NCBI GenBank assembly: GCA_963705105.1 | Contig: CAVPIW010000005.1 | Span: 384,001-448,000 of the forward strand | Direction: 5' to 3' | DNA: 64,000 nt | Source of the DNA: an uncultured Nitrospiraceae bacterium | Lineage (GTDB): Bacteria; Nitrospirota; Thermodesulfovibrionia; Thermodesulfovibrionales; Dissulfurispiraceae | Shown here: positions 32,084 to 40,602 of the stretch, in pieces | How the letters are laid out: each line of letters opens with the position of its first letter | Position numbering within the stretch: position 1 is the first letter of the stretch | Notes under the pieces: generated by a model | Told to the model about the DNA's origin: nothing | Database searches by the model: none | Seen by the model: only the letters and a program-made list of their open reading frames with translations | Made by a program: the position numbers and the translations under genes

Positions 32084-33461
32084 TCGTATACGGAAAACCG
32101 TCAGTTTTCGGCTGGCGCTTACATACTCTGCAATCTTCGTCCTCAGTTCCGTGATTCTCTTCCTCGTGACATATTGGTTTCTCTTCCTTTCTATTCGGGA
32201 TAAAGACAGAGAGAGTATTCATTTGGAATTCCATGAGTGTGCGATCCAGTATCAGAAAGGCGGGATTGCAGCGCTGTCGGCAGAAGTGGAGTTTGAGAAG
32301 CATGTCAGCGGAAAGAATCCCTTTCTTGTTTGGCTCGTGGGGCCCCAAAACAACACTCTTTTCTTAAATATGCCGGATCAGTTCGGGCACGCCGACTTCC
32401 AGGAGCTCGAAGAGAGAGGTGTCGATAGCAAGGACCAATGGTCATACTTCACGGTAAAGGGAAATAAGGATACTCTGGAAATTACATCTGAGCCTTTACC
32501 GGATGGTTCTCGCCTGCTGATCGGCAAAAGCATTGTCACTCGCACAGAACTCCTGGAGCGCTTTCGCACAATATCTGTAGCCATCATATTTCCGGTACTT
32601 CTTTTCGGCCTCGCGGGAGGGGCGCTCCTTGCCCGCCAGGCGCTTCGACCGATTCGTCACCTCACTGAGACCGTCAGATCGATAACAACGACCGGAGAGC
32701 TGGGTGCACGCGTACAGATGGGGCAGCGTGATGACGAACTGGCTGAGCTGGGCACACTGCTCAACGCAATGTTGGAAAGAATCGAGACCCTGATAGAGAA
32801 GCTGAAAGGCGAATTGGATGACGTTGCTCACGACTTGCGCACGCCGATAATGAGGATGCGCGGCATGGCCGAAATGGCATTACAGTCGGACGATGAGATT
32901 GAGAGCCTCAGGTGTGCCGTGGGTACGTGCATAGAAGAATCCGAGCGACTTCTCACCATGGCAACCACCCTCATGGACATTTCCGTGGCGGAAGCGGGGA
33001 TGATGGACCTTCATCTGCAGGCAGTGAATATTTCGAATCTGATTGAAGATGTGGGCTCTCTTTATGCATATGTTGCCGAAGAGAAGAGTATTTCCATTCA
33101 CACCAGTTACCCAAGGGAACTCTACGTGTCCGTCGACCGCAAAAGACTGCAACAGGCCGTGGCAAATCTGCTGGACAATGCCATCAAGTACACGCCAAGC
33201 GGTGGAAAGGTCGATATACGGGCTTCCAAAGAACAGCATGTGATCGTCGTCACCGTAAGGGATACGGGGATCGGCATTCCCCCAGATGAGATCCGGAAGA
33301 TCTGGGATCGTCTGTATCGCGGCGATCGAAGCCGCTCTCAGGAAGGATTCGGCCTTGGCCTGAGCCTGGTGCGGGCGATTGTCCAGGCACACGGCGGCCG
33401 TGTCGAAGTCTTCAGCGAACCCGGCGCCGGCAGTCTTTTCGTCCTCACCCTGCCCGAATAA
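32064..33461 (+). CDS. Membrane sensor histidine kinase with HAMP domain
   Basis: Two TM segments; AHDLRTP, NLLDNAIKY, DTGIGI, GLGL. Confidence 0.95.
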   Translation: MFSGSINRIRKTVSFRLALTYSAIFVLSSVILFLVTYWFLFLSIRDKDRESIHLEFHECAIQYQKGGIAALSAEVEFEKHVSGKNPFLVWLVGPQNNTLFLNMPDQFGHADFQELEERGVDSKDQWSYFTVKGNKDTLEITSEPLPDGSRLLIGKSIVTRTELLERFRTISVAIIFPVLLFGLAGGALLARQALRPIRHLTETVRSITTTGELGARVQMGQRDDELAELGTLLNAMLERIETLIEKLKGELDDVAHDLRTPIMRMRGMAEMALQSDDEIESLRCAVGTCIEESERLLTMATTLMDISVAEAGMMDLHLQAVNISNLIEDVGSLYAYVAEEKSISIHTSYPRELYVSVDRKRLQQAVANLLDNAIKYTPSGGKVDIRASKEQHVIVVTVRDTGIGIPPDEIRKIWDRLYRGDRSRSQEGFGLGLSLVRAIVQAHGGRVEVFSEPGAGSLFVLTLPE

Positions 33462-33508
33462 GAGTACCACCTCTCAAAATCCCGTCTCTCTTCATGAGCG
33501 GTTCTCTT

Positions 33509-33607
33509 TGTCATTCCCGCGCAGGCGGGAATCCAGGTTTTTTGAGACCTTTCTTGATGCCCGCTCCCCGCCTACCGCCTGCGGGGACAAGTTCCGCGGG
33601 CATGACG
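33509..33607. repeat. REP-like palindromic element (GTCATTCCCGCGCAGGCGGGAATC type)
   Basis: GTCATTCCCGC...GCGGGCATGAC ends with an internal ATTCCC-N8-GGGAAT hairpin; related to 60648-60731. Confidence 0.7.
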
Positions 33608-33913
33608 GCTTTCACGAGGGGAAGCCGATTCCGAGGTTGTAGTCATTACTCCGGCCCGTTCTCTCACCCGCTTTTGTAACCTTTCACATTTGTAATGCTA
33701 AAGAAAGGGTGCCGCAATCTTCGTCAGCGATAATTATGACATCAAAGAAGTCTGAAGGCGACGCGTCAGGTATTGTCATCAACGGGCCTTGGCGTGCAGC
33801 GGCTTTGAAGGAGGAGAATGCGTGCGACTGCGAGGCCGCTCGCATTCCAGCCTGGGCAGGGCGTTGGGCTGCGAGTGCCCGGCAGGCCTGCTGCCTCGCC
33901 GGGAAGAGGAAGG

Positions 33914-34102
33914 ATGAGCGGGGGCATGAAGCTATTGAGCAAAAAGGAGAGCAAGAGAAGGTTCAGGAAGAAGAGCCCATCTCAGATGAAGAAGCTCCTT
34001 CAGCTAATCCAGAAAGTAAAAGTTCAGCTTGTACGGACAATCGTGGGGGCAGTCAACATATTTGTCATGGCGAAACTCTTTGGTGAACGTTGGACTCTGT
34101 AA
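33914..34102 (+). CDS. Possible small Lys/Arg-rich protein
   Basis: ATG after GAGGAAGG; 62 aa; no recognisable family. Confidence 0.3.
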   Translation: MSGGMKLLSKKESKRRFRKKSPSQMKKLLQLIQKVKVQLVRTIVGAVNIFVMAKLFGERWTL

Positions 34103-34360
34103 GCCCTTTATCAGAGATTTCGGTCTTGGATTGCCGGACGTCAGAATACCATCTTTAGCCGCAGCGTACTGCGGTTTTCGAAACAAAGATTTTCGCCAGC
34201 GCCTTCCGCATTTGCGTCGGAGATAACACACTCGCTGAATGCCATTACATGCACTTTTCTGCTCTGCATTGCAGTGGATTCAAGGCGGTGTTTCTTCGAA
34301 GCATAGCCAGTTTGGACTCTTGTGTTGTCTGTTCAAAGACTTCGCTGTTGTTGAAATCGG

Positions 34361-34377
34361 CAGGCATCGTGTTTGCA
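34361..34377 (+). promoter_or_regulatory. Putative sigma54 promoter of the hydrogenase operon
   Basis: CAGGCATCGTGTTTGCA = GG-N10-GC, about 50 nt upstream of the riboswitch. Confidence 0.65.
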
Positions 34378-34423
34378 AATGAGAGACATGAAACGGTCTC
34401 ACAGACACTGAGGCCTTCGATTG

Positions 34424-34512
34424 CTCTTTGATAAAAGCAAACTATCCGTAAGGGTAGGACGCAAAGCCATGGGTCCTTGCAATGAGTTAAGGATCGCCAG
34501 GTTGCCGGAGAC
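34424..34512 (+). ncRNA. GEMM-I (c-di-GMP-I class) riboswitch, A20 variant predicted to prefer cyclic AMP-GMP
   Basis: A-GCAAA-CUAUCC-GUAA-GGGUAG-GACGCAAAGCC...GGUCCU...AGGAUCGCCAGGUUGCCG matches the GEMM-I architecture with a GNRA loop. Confidence 0.88.
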
Positions 34513-34620
34513 GACACTTTGTAGTTCCGTATCTTCAGCCGCATTTCCCAGCGCTTATTCTCCTCACGCGAACAGGCTTTTTTCGCTCGCATCGAGGCTC
34601 CTTAAGGGACGGCCTTTGCC

Positions 34621-34685
34621 AGACTGGTCCTGACAAAAGCAAACGACCCGTCAGGGTCAGTGATCGCCAGGTTGCCCGACGGTCT
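34621..34685 (+). ncRNA. Second, internally deleted GEMM-I aptamer
   Basis: AAAAGCAAA-CGACCC-GUCA-GGGUC then directly GAUCGCCAGGUUGCC; lacks GACGCAAAGCC and the 5' strand of P3. Confidence 0.7.
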
Positions 34686-34977
34686 CACTCTCACTACTAC
34701 GTCGTCTTTCTCTCACTCTTTCTTAATCTCAAATCGCACAACAGCACTATTTTGTCGAAAGCGCAGCATGAGGGGTTTCTCCTCCGGCACTCCCTTGCCC
34801 GATGAAACCGGTCGGGCAAGAGAAAAGAGATGAGACACAAAGAGGCGGCGATTGCGGCATTCTGCTGTGCCCCCGCAGAGTTCTAAACCGACAAATAATG
34901 ACTAAGGGAGGGATGCGAAGGCGAAAGGTGAACTCAGGAACTGTGTAGAACTATCCGACTATTTTAGGGAGGTTTTT

Positions 34978-35874
34978 ATGAGTATCTCTCGACGTGATTT
35001 TTTGAGATTCTGCGGTCTGTCCGCAGCGGCTGTGGGCTTGTCCGCAACCGATCTAATCCGCTTGGAAGAGGCCCTGGCCAGTCCGACCGCGCCTTCAATC
35101 ATCTGGCTGCAGGGCAGCGGTTGTACCGGGTGTTCCGAATCCTTTCTCAATCTGATATCCGCTTCCGGCCCGCAGACGGCTGCCGACGTATTGATCAATT
35201 CCGTCAATCTGGTTTATCACCCGACCCTCATGGCCCTGGCGGGGCAGGATGCGGTCGCCCAGGCCGTGGCGGCCTACGAAAAGGGCGGGTATCTTCTGGT
35301 TGTGGAAGGCGGCGTTCCGACCGCCTTCGGCGGTAGGGCCTGCTATGCCTGGACGTATAATGAACAGGAGTTCACCTTTGAAGAAACCGTCCTCGGCTTG
35401 GCTGCCAAGGCCGCCGGAATACTGTGCATAGGAACCTGCGCCGCTTGGGGAGGCATCCCTGCGGCTCCGCCCAACCCCGCCGGTGTCGTCGGAGTCAAGG
35501 CATTGACCGGCAGGGACACCATCAACATTCCGGGGTGCCCCACCCATCCCGACTGGATCGCCTGGACCGTGGTGCAACTGTTAACGAATACCCCTATCTC
35601 GGTTGACGGTGACGGACGGCCCACCCAGTTCTTCAGCGCCACCGTCCATGAACTGTGTCCCCGCCGCGGAGGAACGATAGCAACCGACACCATCGGTGTG
35701 GACGGCGCCTGCCTGATGGCTTTGGGCTGCCGTGGTCCGTTTACCATGTCCAATTGTCCCCAACAGAAATGGAATAACCAGGCCAACTGGTGTATCGATG
35801 CGAACGCACCCTGCATCGGATGCACCGAGCCCGGATTTCCGGGGACGGATCCCTTTTATTCCCCCGGTATTTAA
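34978..35874 (+). CDS. Periplasmic [NiFe] hydrogenase small subunit
   Basis: Tat signal SRRDFL; GCTGC, GTC, PGCP, HxxC, LGCRGP, NWC...CIGC; no C-terminal TM anchor. Confidence 0.96.
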   Translation: MSISRRDFLRFCGLSAAAVGLSATDLIRLEEALASPTAPSIIWLQGSGCTGCSESFLNLISASGPQTAADVLINSVNLVYHPTLMALAGQDAVAQAVAAYEKGGYLLVVEGGVPTAFGGRACYAWTYNEQEFTFEETVLGLAAKAAGILCIGTCAAWGGIPAAPPNPAGVVGVKALTGRDTINIPGCPTHPDWIAWTVVQLLTNTPISVDGDGRPTQFFSATVHELCPRRGGTIATDTIGVDGACLMALGCRGPFTMSNCPQQKWNNQANWCIDANAPCIGCTEPGFPGTDPFYSPGI

Positions 35875-35895
35875 ATCGTTTAAGGAGGCACATCT

Positions 35896-37329
35896 ATGTC
35901 AACCAAAATATTCATAGATCCCGTAACACGCCTGGAAGGACATCTCAAGATAGCGGTTACGGTCAATGAAGTGCAGGGGCAGCAACAAGTCATCAATGCC
36001 CGGGCGACCGGGACCCTGTTCCGCGGGTTTGAGGAATTGCTGGTCGGCCGTGACCCCGGAGATGCCCAGCATCTGACCCAGCGGATTTGCGGCGTTTGTC
36101 CGGTGCCCCATGGGATGGCCTCGGTCATGGCCCAGGACGCGGCCTACGGGGTGCGCGTGCCCTCGAATGCCCGCATCATGCGCAACCTGGTCATCGGCGC
36201 CAATTTCATCCAGTCCCATATCCTTCATTTTTACCATCTGACCGCCCTGGATTACGTGGAAGGACCGAACATGCCGCCCTGGCAGCCCTCCTGGAAAACA
36301 GACAAGCGCATCTCCGGAGCGGCGGCCACCAGCTTGATAGACCATTATGTGACAGCCATCGACATGACCCGCAAGGCCCATGAGATGGGCGCCCTTTTCG
36401 GGGGGCGCATGCCACACCCGCCCACCTACGTCGCCGGAGGTTTTACGGCCACGCCCCGGGCCGACCGAATCGCCAACTTCACCTCCTACCTCAACGAGTT
36501 GATCCCCTTTATCCAGAACGTCTATCTGCCCGATGTGGCCGCCCTGAGAGCGGCCTACCCGGATTATGACGCCATCGGCAGGGGCTACGGCAACCTGCTT
36601 TCCTTTGGGGTCTTCAATCAGGATTCTACGGGAAACAGGCTCTTGAGGCGGGGCCGATCGGAGAACGGCGCCACTTCCGTGCTGTCGGTCGACACGAATC
36701 AGATCAGGGAGTCGGTGCGCTATTCCTGGTATGAAGATTCCACAACCAATCTGAATCCCGCTTCGGGGCAGACACTGCCGCAAAACCCCAAAGCCAAGGC
36801 CTATTCCTGGCTCAAGGCCCCCCGCTATGGCGGTGCGCCTTATGAAGTAGGCCCACTGGCCCGGATGTGGGTCAACGGAGACTATCGACGGGGGATTTCC
36901 GTCATGGACCGACACCAGGCCCGGGCCCAGGAAACGCTGAAGATAGCGCAGGCCATGCGGTCCTGGGTGTCTCAGCTTCGGCCGGATGGAGCGGTGTACA
37001 CCAAACCGACGATTCCACCCTCTGCGTCCGGCGTGGGTCTCACCGAGGCGCCCCGAGGCGCCCTGGGGCATTGGTTCCGAATGGATGCGGGCAAGATTTC
37101 GAGCTATCAGGTCATTACCCCGACCTGCTGGAACGCCTCTCCCGAGGACGACGCCAGTCAGATGGGTCCCGTCGAAAACGCCCTGATCGGCACGCCGGTC
37201 AAGAACTTAGCGGAACCCATCGAGGTCCTGCGGGTCATTCATTCCTTCGACCCCTGCCTCGCATGCGCCGTCCATGTTTCCCGGCCCAAAGAACAGGCCC
37301 AAATCCGGATCGTTGCCGGTTATCGGTAA
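35896..37329 (+). CDS. [NiFe] hydrogenase large subunit (group 1a-like)
   Basis: DPVTRLEGH; L1 QRICGVCPVPH; EAPRG; L2 SFDPCLACAVH followed by a cleavable tail. Confidence 0.97.
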   Translation: MSTKIFIDPVTRLEGHLKIAVTVNEVQGQQQVINARATGTLFRGFEELLVGRDPGDAQHLTQRICGVCPVPHGMASVMAQDAAYGVRVPSNARIMRNLVIGANFIQSHILHFYHLTALDYVEGPNMPPWQPSWKTDKRISGAAATSLIDHYVTAIDMTRKAHEMGALFGGRMPHPPTYVAGGFTATPRADRIANFTSYLNELIPFIQNVYLPDVAALRAAYPDYDAIGRGYGNLLSFGVFNQDSTGNRLLRRGRSENGATSVLSVDTNQIRESVRYSWYEDSTTNLNPASGQTLPQNPKAKAYSWLKAPRYGGAPYEVGPLARMWVNGDYRRGISVMDRHQARAQETLKIAQAMRSWVSQLRPDGAVYTKPTIPPSASGVGLTEAPRGALGHWFRMDAGKISSYQVITPTCWNASPEDDASQMGPVENALIGTPVKNLAEPIEVLRVIHSFDPCLACAVHVSRPKEQAQIRIVAGYR

Positions 37330-37362
37330 ACCTGGAAGAAGGTTGTTCTACGGAAAATCAAA

Positions 37363-37956
37363 GTGAAGAAACAATCAAACAGAGCCGGGAGGATTGTTGA
37401 GCCAAGGCCGAGGATCCTTATCGCCGGGATGGGAAATATCCTGCTCCGGGACGACGGCGTCGGCGTTCATGCCGTACAGGGTTTTCCCCCGGCCGAGAAT
37501 CAGGAATACCGGGTTGTCGAGGTCGGCTGTGCGGTGTTTGACACTCTGGACCATTTTGACTGGGCGGAAAGGATCCTGCTCATCGATGCCATGCAGGCCG
37601 GGAGGGCGCCCGGGACCGTTTATCGTGTCGACAGTTTAACGGATATGGATGCTGGAACCATGGCAGCCTCTCTCCATGAGTTTTCGGTGATCCAGGCCCT
37701 CGGAATGATTCAAAAAGATCCCATGCCGGCCGTTACGATCATCGGCGTCGAACCGGAGGTCATCGACTATGGTCTGGAGCTTTCCGGTACAGTGGCCGCT
37801 TCCCTCCCCCTGGTCTGGGAAACCGGCCGCCAAATTATCGAGGACTGGATCAGGAACTGTCACGTCCAGGACCCGATGCCATTCCAGGAGAACGTCAACT
37901 GCCCGTGTCGGATATCAGCGAAAGTTGACTCTCCCATCCACCTGGAACAACTATGA
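37363..37956 (+). CDS. Hydrogenase maturation protease
   Basis: GMGNILLRDDGVGV, IDA, SLH, GVEP. Confidence 0.93.
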   Translation: MKKQSNRAGRIVEPRPRILIAGMGNILLRDDGVGVHAVQGFPPAENQEYRVVEVGCAVFDTLDHFDWAERILLIDAMQAGRAPGTVYRVDSLTDMDAGTMAASLHEFSVIQALGMIQKDPMPAVTIIGVEPEVIDYGLELSGTVAASLPLVWETGRQIIEDWIRNCHVQDPMPFQENVNCPCRISAKVDSPIHLEQL

Positions 37957-37979
37957 ATACCAGCTTAAGGAGAACCAAT

Positions 37980-40349
37980 ATGAGAATTTCCAAAATAACC
38001 ATCCCCTTGATTAGTCTGGCGGCCGTGCTGCTGATCTCCAGCCACGTATTCGGAGTCAGTTCCTATACCACCTCGTTTAACGCCCGGTATGGGACGGCCG
38101 CCGGCACGGCTCTGGGTGCCAATAGTAGCGCTCGCTGCATCCTTTGCCATCCCGGTGGGAATACCAGCCAGTACACTTCCTATGCCAACGATTTCAGGAA
38201 CAACAATCACAATTATGCGACCATCGAACCGTTGGATTCGGACGGAGACGGCTTTTCCAATTTAGCCGAGATCACCGCTCTGACCCTCCCCTATGACGCC
38301 AACAGCCGTCCAACGACCAGTGCTGACACCACCCTGCCGGTGGTCTCGACCTTTACCGTCCCGGCCACGGCCACAACCCTGACCGTACCGATCTCCGCCC
38401 TGACCGCTACCGACAACGTGGGCGTGACCGGCTACCTGGTCAACGAAAGCGCCACCAAGCCTGCGGCCGGCAACTGGCCCGCTGCGGCCCCCACCAGCTA
38501 TACCTTTACCACCGCCGGGGCCAAAACCCTCTACGCCTGGGCAAGGGATGCCGCCGGCAACGTCTCCAACAGCCTGAGCCGGCCCGTGACCGTCACCCTG
38601 CCTCCGACGGCTGACACCACCCTGCCGGTGGTCTCGACCTTTACCGTCCCTACCACGGCCACAACCCTGACCGTACCGATCTCCGCCCTGACCGCTACCG
38701 ACAACGTGGGCGTGACCGGCTACCTGGTCAACGAAAGCGCCACCAAGCCTGCGGCCGGCAACTGGCCCGCTGCGGCCCCCACCAGCTATACCTTTACCAC
38801 CGCCGGGACCAAAACCCTCTACGCCTGGGCAAGGGATGCCGCCGGCAATGTCTCCAACGCCCTGAGCCGGCCCGTGACCGTCACCCTGCCTCCGACGGCT
38901 GACACCACCCTGCCGGTGGTCTCGACCTTTACCGTCCCTACCACGGCCACAACCCTGACCGTACCGATCTCCGCCCTGACCGCTACCGACAACGTGGGCG
39001 TGACCGGCTACCTGGTCAACGAAAGCGCCACCAAGCCTGCGGCCGGTAACTGGCCCGCTGCGGCCCCCACCAGCTATACCTTTACCACCGCCGGGACCAA
39101 AACCCTCTACGCCTGGGCAAGGGATGCCGCCGGCAATGTCTCCAACAGCCTGAGCCGGCCCGTGACCGTCACCCTGCCTCCGACGGCTGATACCACCCTG
39201 CCGGTGGTCTCGACCTTTACCATCCCGGCCACGGCCACTACCCTGACCGTACCGATCTCCGCCCTGACCGCTACCGACAACGTGGGCGTGACCGGCTACC
39301 TGGTCAACGAAAGCGCCACCAAGCCTGCGGCCGGCAACTGGCCCGCTGCGGCCCCCACCAGCTATACCTTTACCACCGCCGGGGCCAAAACCCTCTACGC
39401 TGGCAGGGATGCCGCCGGCAATGTCTCCAACGCCCTGAGCCGGTCCGTGACCGTTACTTCCGGCGACAGCGGCGGGGTCGATGTGGAATCTCCCGAGGTC
39501 ATGGAATTTACCTTGCCCCTGACCGGCACTTCTCTCACCGTGCCGATCATGGCCTTCCGGGCCATTGATAACATCAGCCCGACCGCTTATCTGATCACTA
39601 CCACCCCGACAGCGCCGTCGGCAAGCGATCCAGGCTGGAGAGCCACCCCGCCGACCAGCTACACCTTTACCTCCGCGGGCGCCAAAACACTGTACGGGTG
39701 GGCTAAGGATGCCGCCGGCAACGTCTCGGAAAGTGTTTGGGACAACGTGGGCATCACCGCACCGCCCCAGACAACTTCGTACACGCTGAGCGTGTCCAGA
39801 GCGGGAACAGGCTCTGGCACCGTGACGAGCGCCCCAGCCGGCGTGAGCTGTGGCACTGACTGCTCCCAGACCTATGCAGCAGGGACCCAAGTGAGCCTCA
39901 CCGCTGCGGCGTCGCCCGGTTCTGTTTTCTCCGGCTGGTCCGGGGCTTGCACAGGACCAGGGACCTGCACGGTGACGTTGAGCGCCGCCCGCTCGGTGAC
40001 GGCGACCTTCAACACCGCGCCGGCGGGATCGGCGCCTAACATTTCCGCTCCGTCCTCCTACAGCTTTGGGGAGACGCATTTGGACTCCACAAGCAGTCGC
40101 ACCATTGTGGTCAGCAACACCGGCTCGACCACGCTCCGGGTGACGGGTATTACGAAGAGCGGTACCGACGCCGGGATGTTCACAGTAGGGGTCAGCTCCT
40201 TCACTGTTGCGCCTGGAGGGACCTACAACCTCCCGGTAACCTTTAGACCAACCTCCGAAGGCACGAAGAACGCGACCCTGAGGCTCTCCACGAACGATCC
40301 TGACACAGCGGTCTGGCAGATCAGTCTGTCCGGCAGGGGAGAGGATTAG
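37980..40349 (+). CDS. Secreted putative monoheme c-type protein with tandem Ig-like repeats
   Basis: AAGGAG SD; signal peptide; CILCH (38136-38150); DSDGDGFSN; five beta-rich repeats; InlB-B-like and ASH/choice-of-anchor-D-like C-terminal domains; alternative start at 37953. Confidence 0.85.
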   Translation: MRISKITIPLISLAAVLLISSHVFGVSSYTTSFNARYGTAAGTALGANSSARCILCHPGGNTSQYTSYANDFRNNNHNYATIEPLDSDGDGFSNLAEITALTLPYDANSRPTTSADTTLPVVSTFTVPATATTLTVPISALTATDNVGVTGYLVNESATKPAAGNWPAAAPTSYTFTTAGAKTLYAWARDAAGNVSNSLSRPVTVTLPPTADTTLPVVSTFTVPTTATTLTVPISALTATDNVGVTGYLVNESATKPAAGNWPAAAPTSYTFTTAGTKTLYAWARDAAGNVSNALSRPVTVTLPPTADTTLPVVSTFTVPTTATTLTVPISALTATDNVGVTGYLVNESATKPAAGNWPAAAPTSYTFTTAGTKTLYAWARDAAGNVSNSLSRPVTVTLPPTADTTLPVVSTFTIPATATTLTVPISALTATDNVGVTGYLVNESATKPAAGNWPAAAPTSYTFTTAGAKTLYAGRDAAGNVSNALSRSVTVTSGDSGGVDVESPEVMEFTLPLTGTSLTVPIMAFRAIDNISPTAYLITTTPTAPSASDPGWRATPPTSYTFTSAGAKTLYGWAKDAAGNVSESVWDNVGITAPPQTTSYTLSVSRAGTGSGTVTSAPAGVSCGTDCSQTYAAGTQVSLTAAASPGSVFSGWSGACTGPGTCTVTLSAARSVTATFNTAPAGSAPNISAPSSYSFGETHLDSTSSRTIVVSNTGSTTLRVTGITKSGTDAGMFTVGVSSFTVAPGGTYNLPVTFRPTSEGTKNATLRLSTNDPDTAVWQISLSGRGED
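38322..39456 (+). repeat. Intragenic 288-bp (96 aa) tandem repeat x4, near identical
   Basis: Units start at 38322, 38610, 38898 and 39186; a fifth diverged unit follows. Confidence 0.97.
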
Positions 40350-40406
40350 TTCAGTCAAACCGCGTTTTTTCTGCGGGGCGGCCGTCTGATCCTTATGCCG
40401 GCTCAC

Positions 40407-40449
40407 AGGCGGGCGGAGAGAGACACCCTCTCTCCACCCGCCTCTTTTT
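40407..40449 (+). terminator. Intrinsic terminator of the hydrogenase operon
   Basis: AGGCGGGCGGAGAGAG-loop-CTCTCTCCACCCGCCT followed by CTTTTT. Confidence 0.8.
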
Positions 40450-40602
40450 CGTGCGCCGAAGCTCCCTCCCGGGGGATCACTCCCTGTAAATAAAGGGTAA
40501 ATAAAGGGGACAGCGATCGGGCGCAGTTGCAATTGCTCGTGTCGGTGGAGCGGTTTTTCAGGCAAGCGGCATCCGGGCCAACCGCCCCGTCCATTCTAAC
40601 AC

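Noticed and set aside
37240..37280. Selenocysteine [NiFeSe] hydrogenase
   Set aside because: The codon is TGC (DPCLAC), not TGA
38262..40565. 767-aa minus-strand repeat ORF
   Set aside because: Antisense shadow of the Ig-repeat gene
30880..40600. Prophage or ICE
   Set aside because: No integrase, phage or conjugation genes; only the flanking repeat and composition suggest an island
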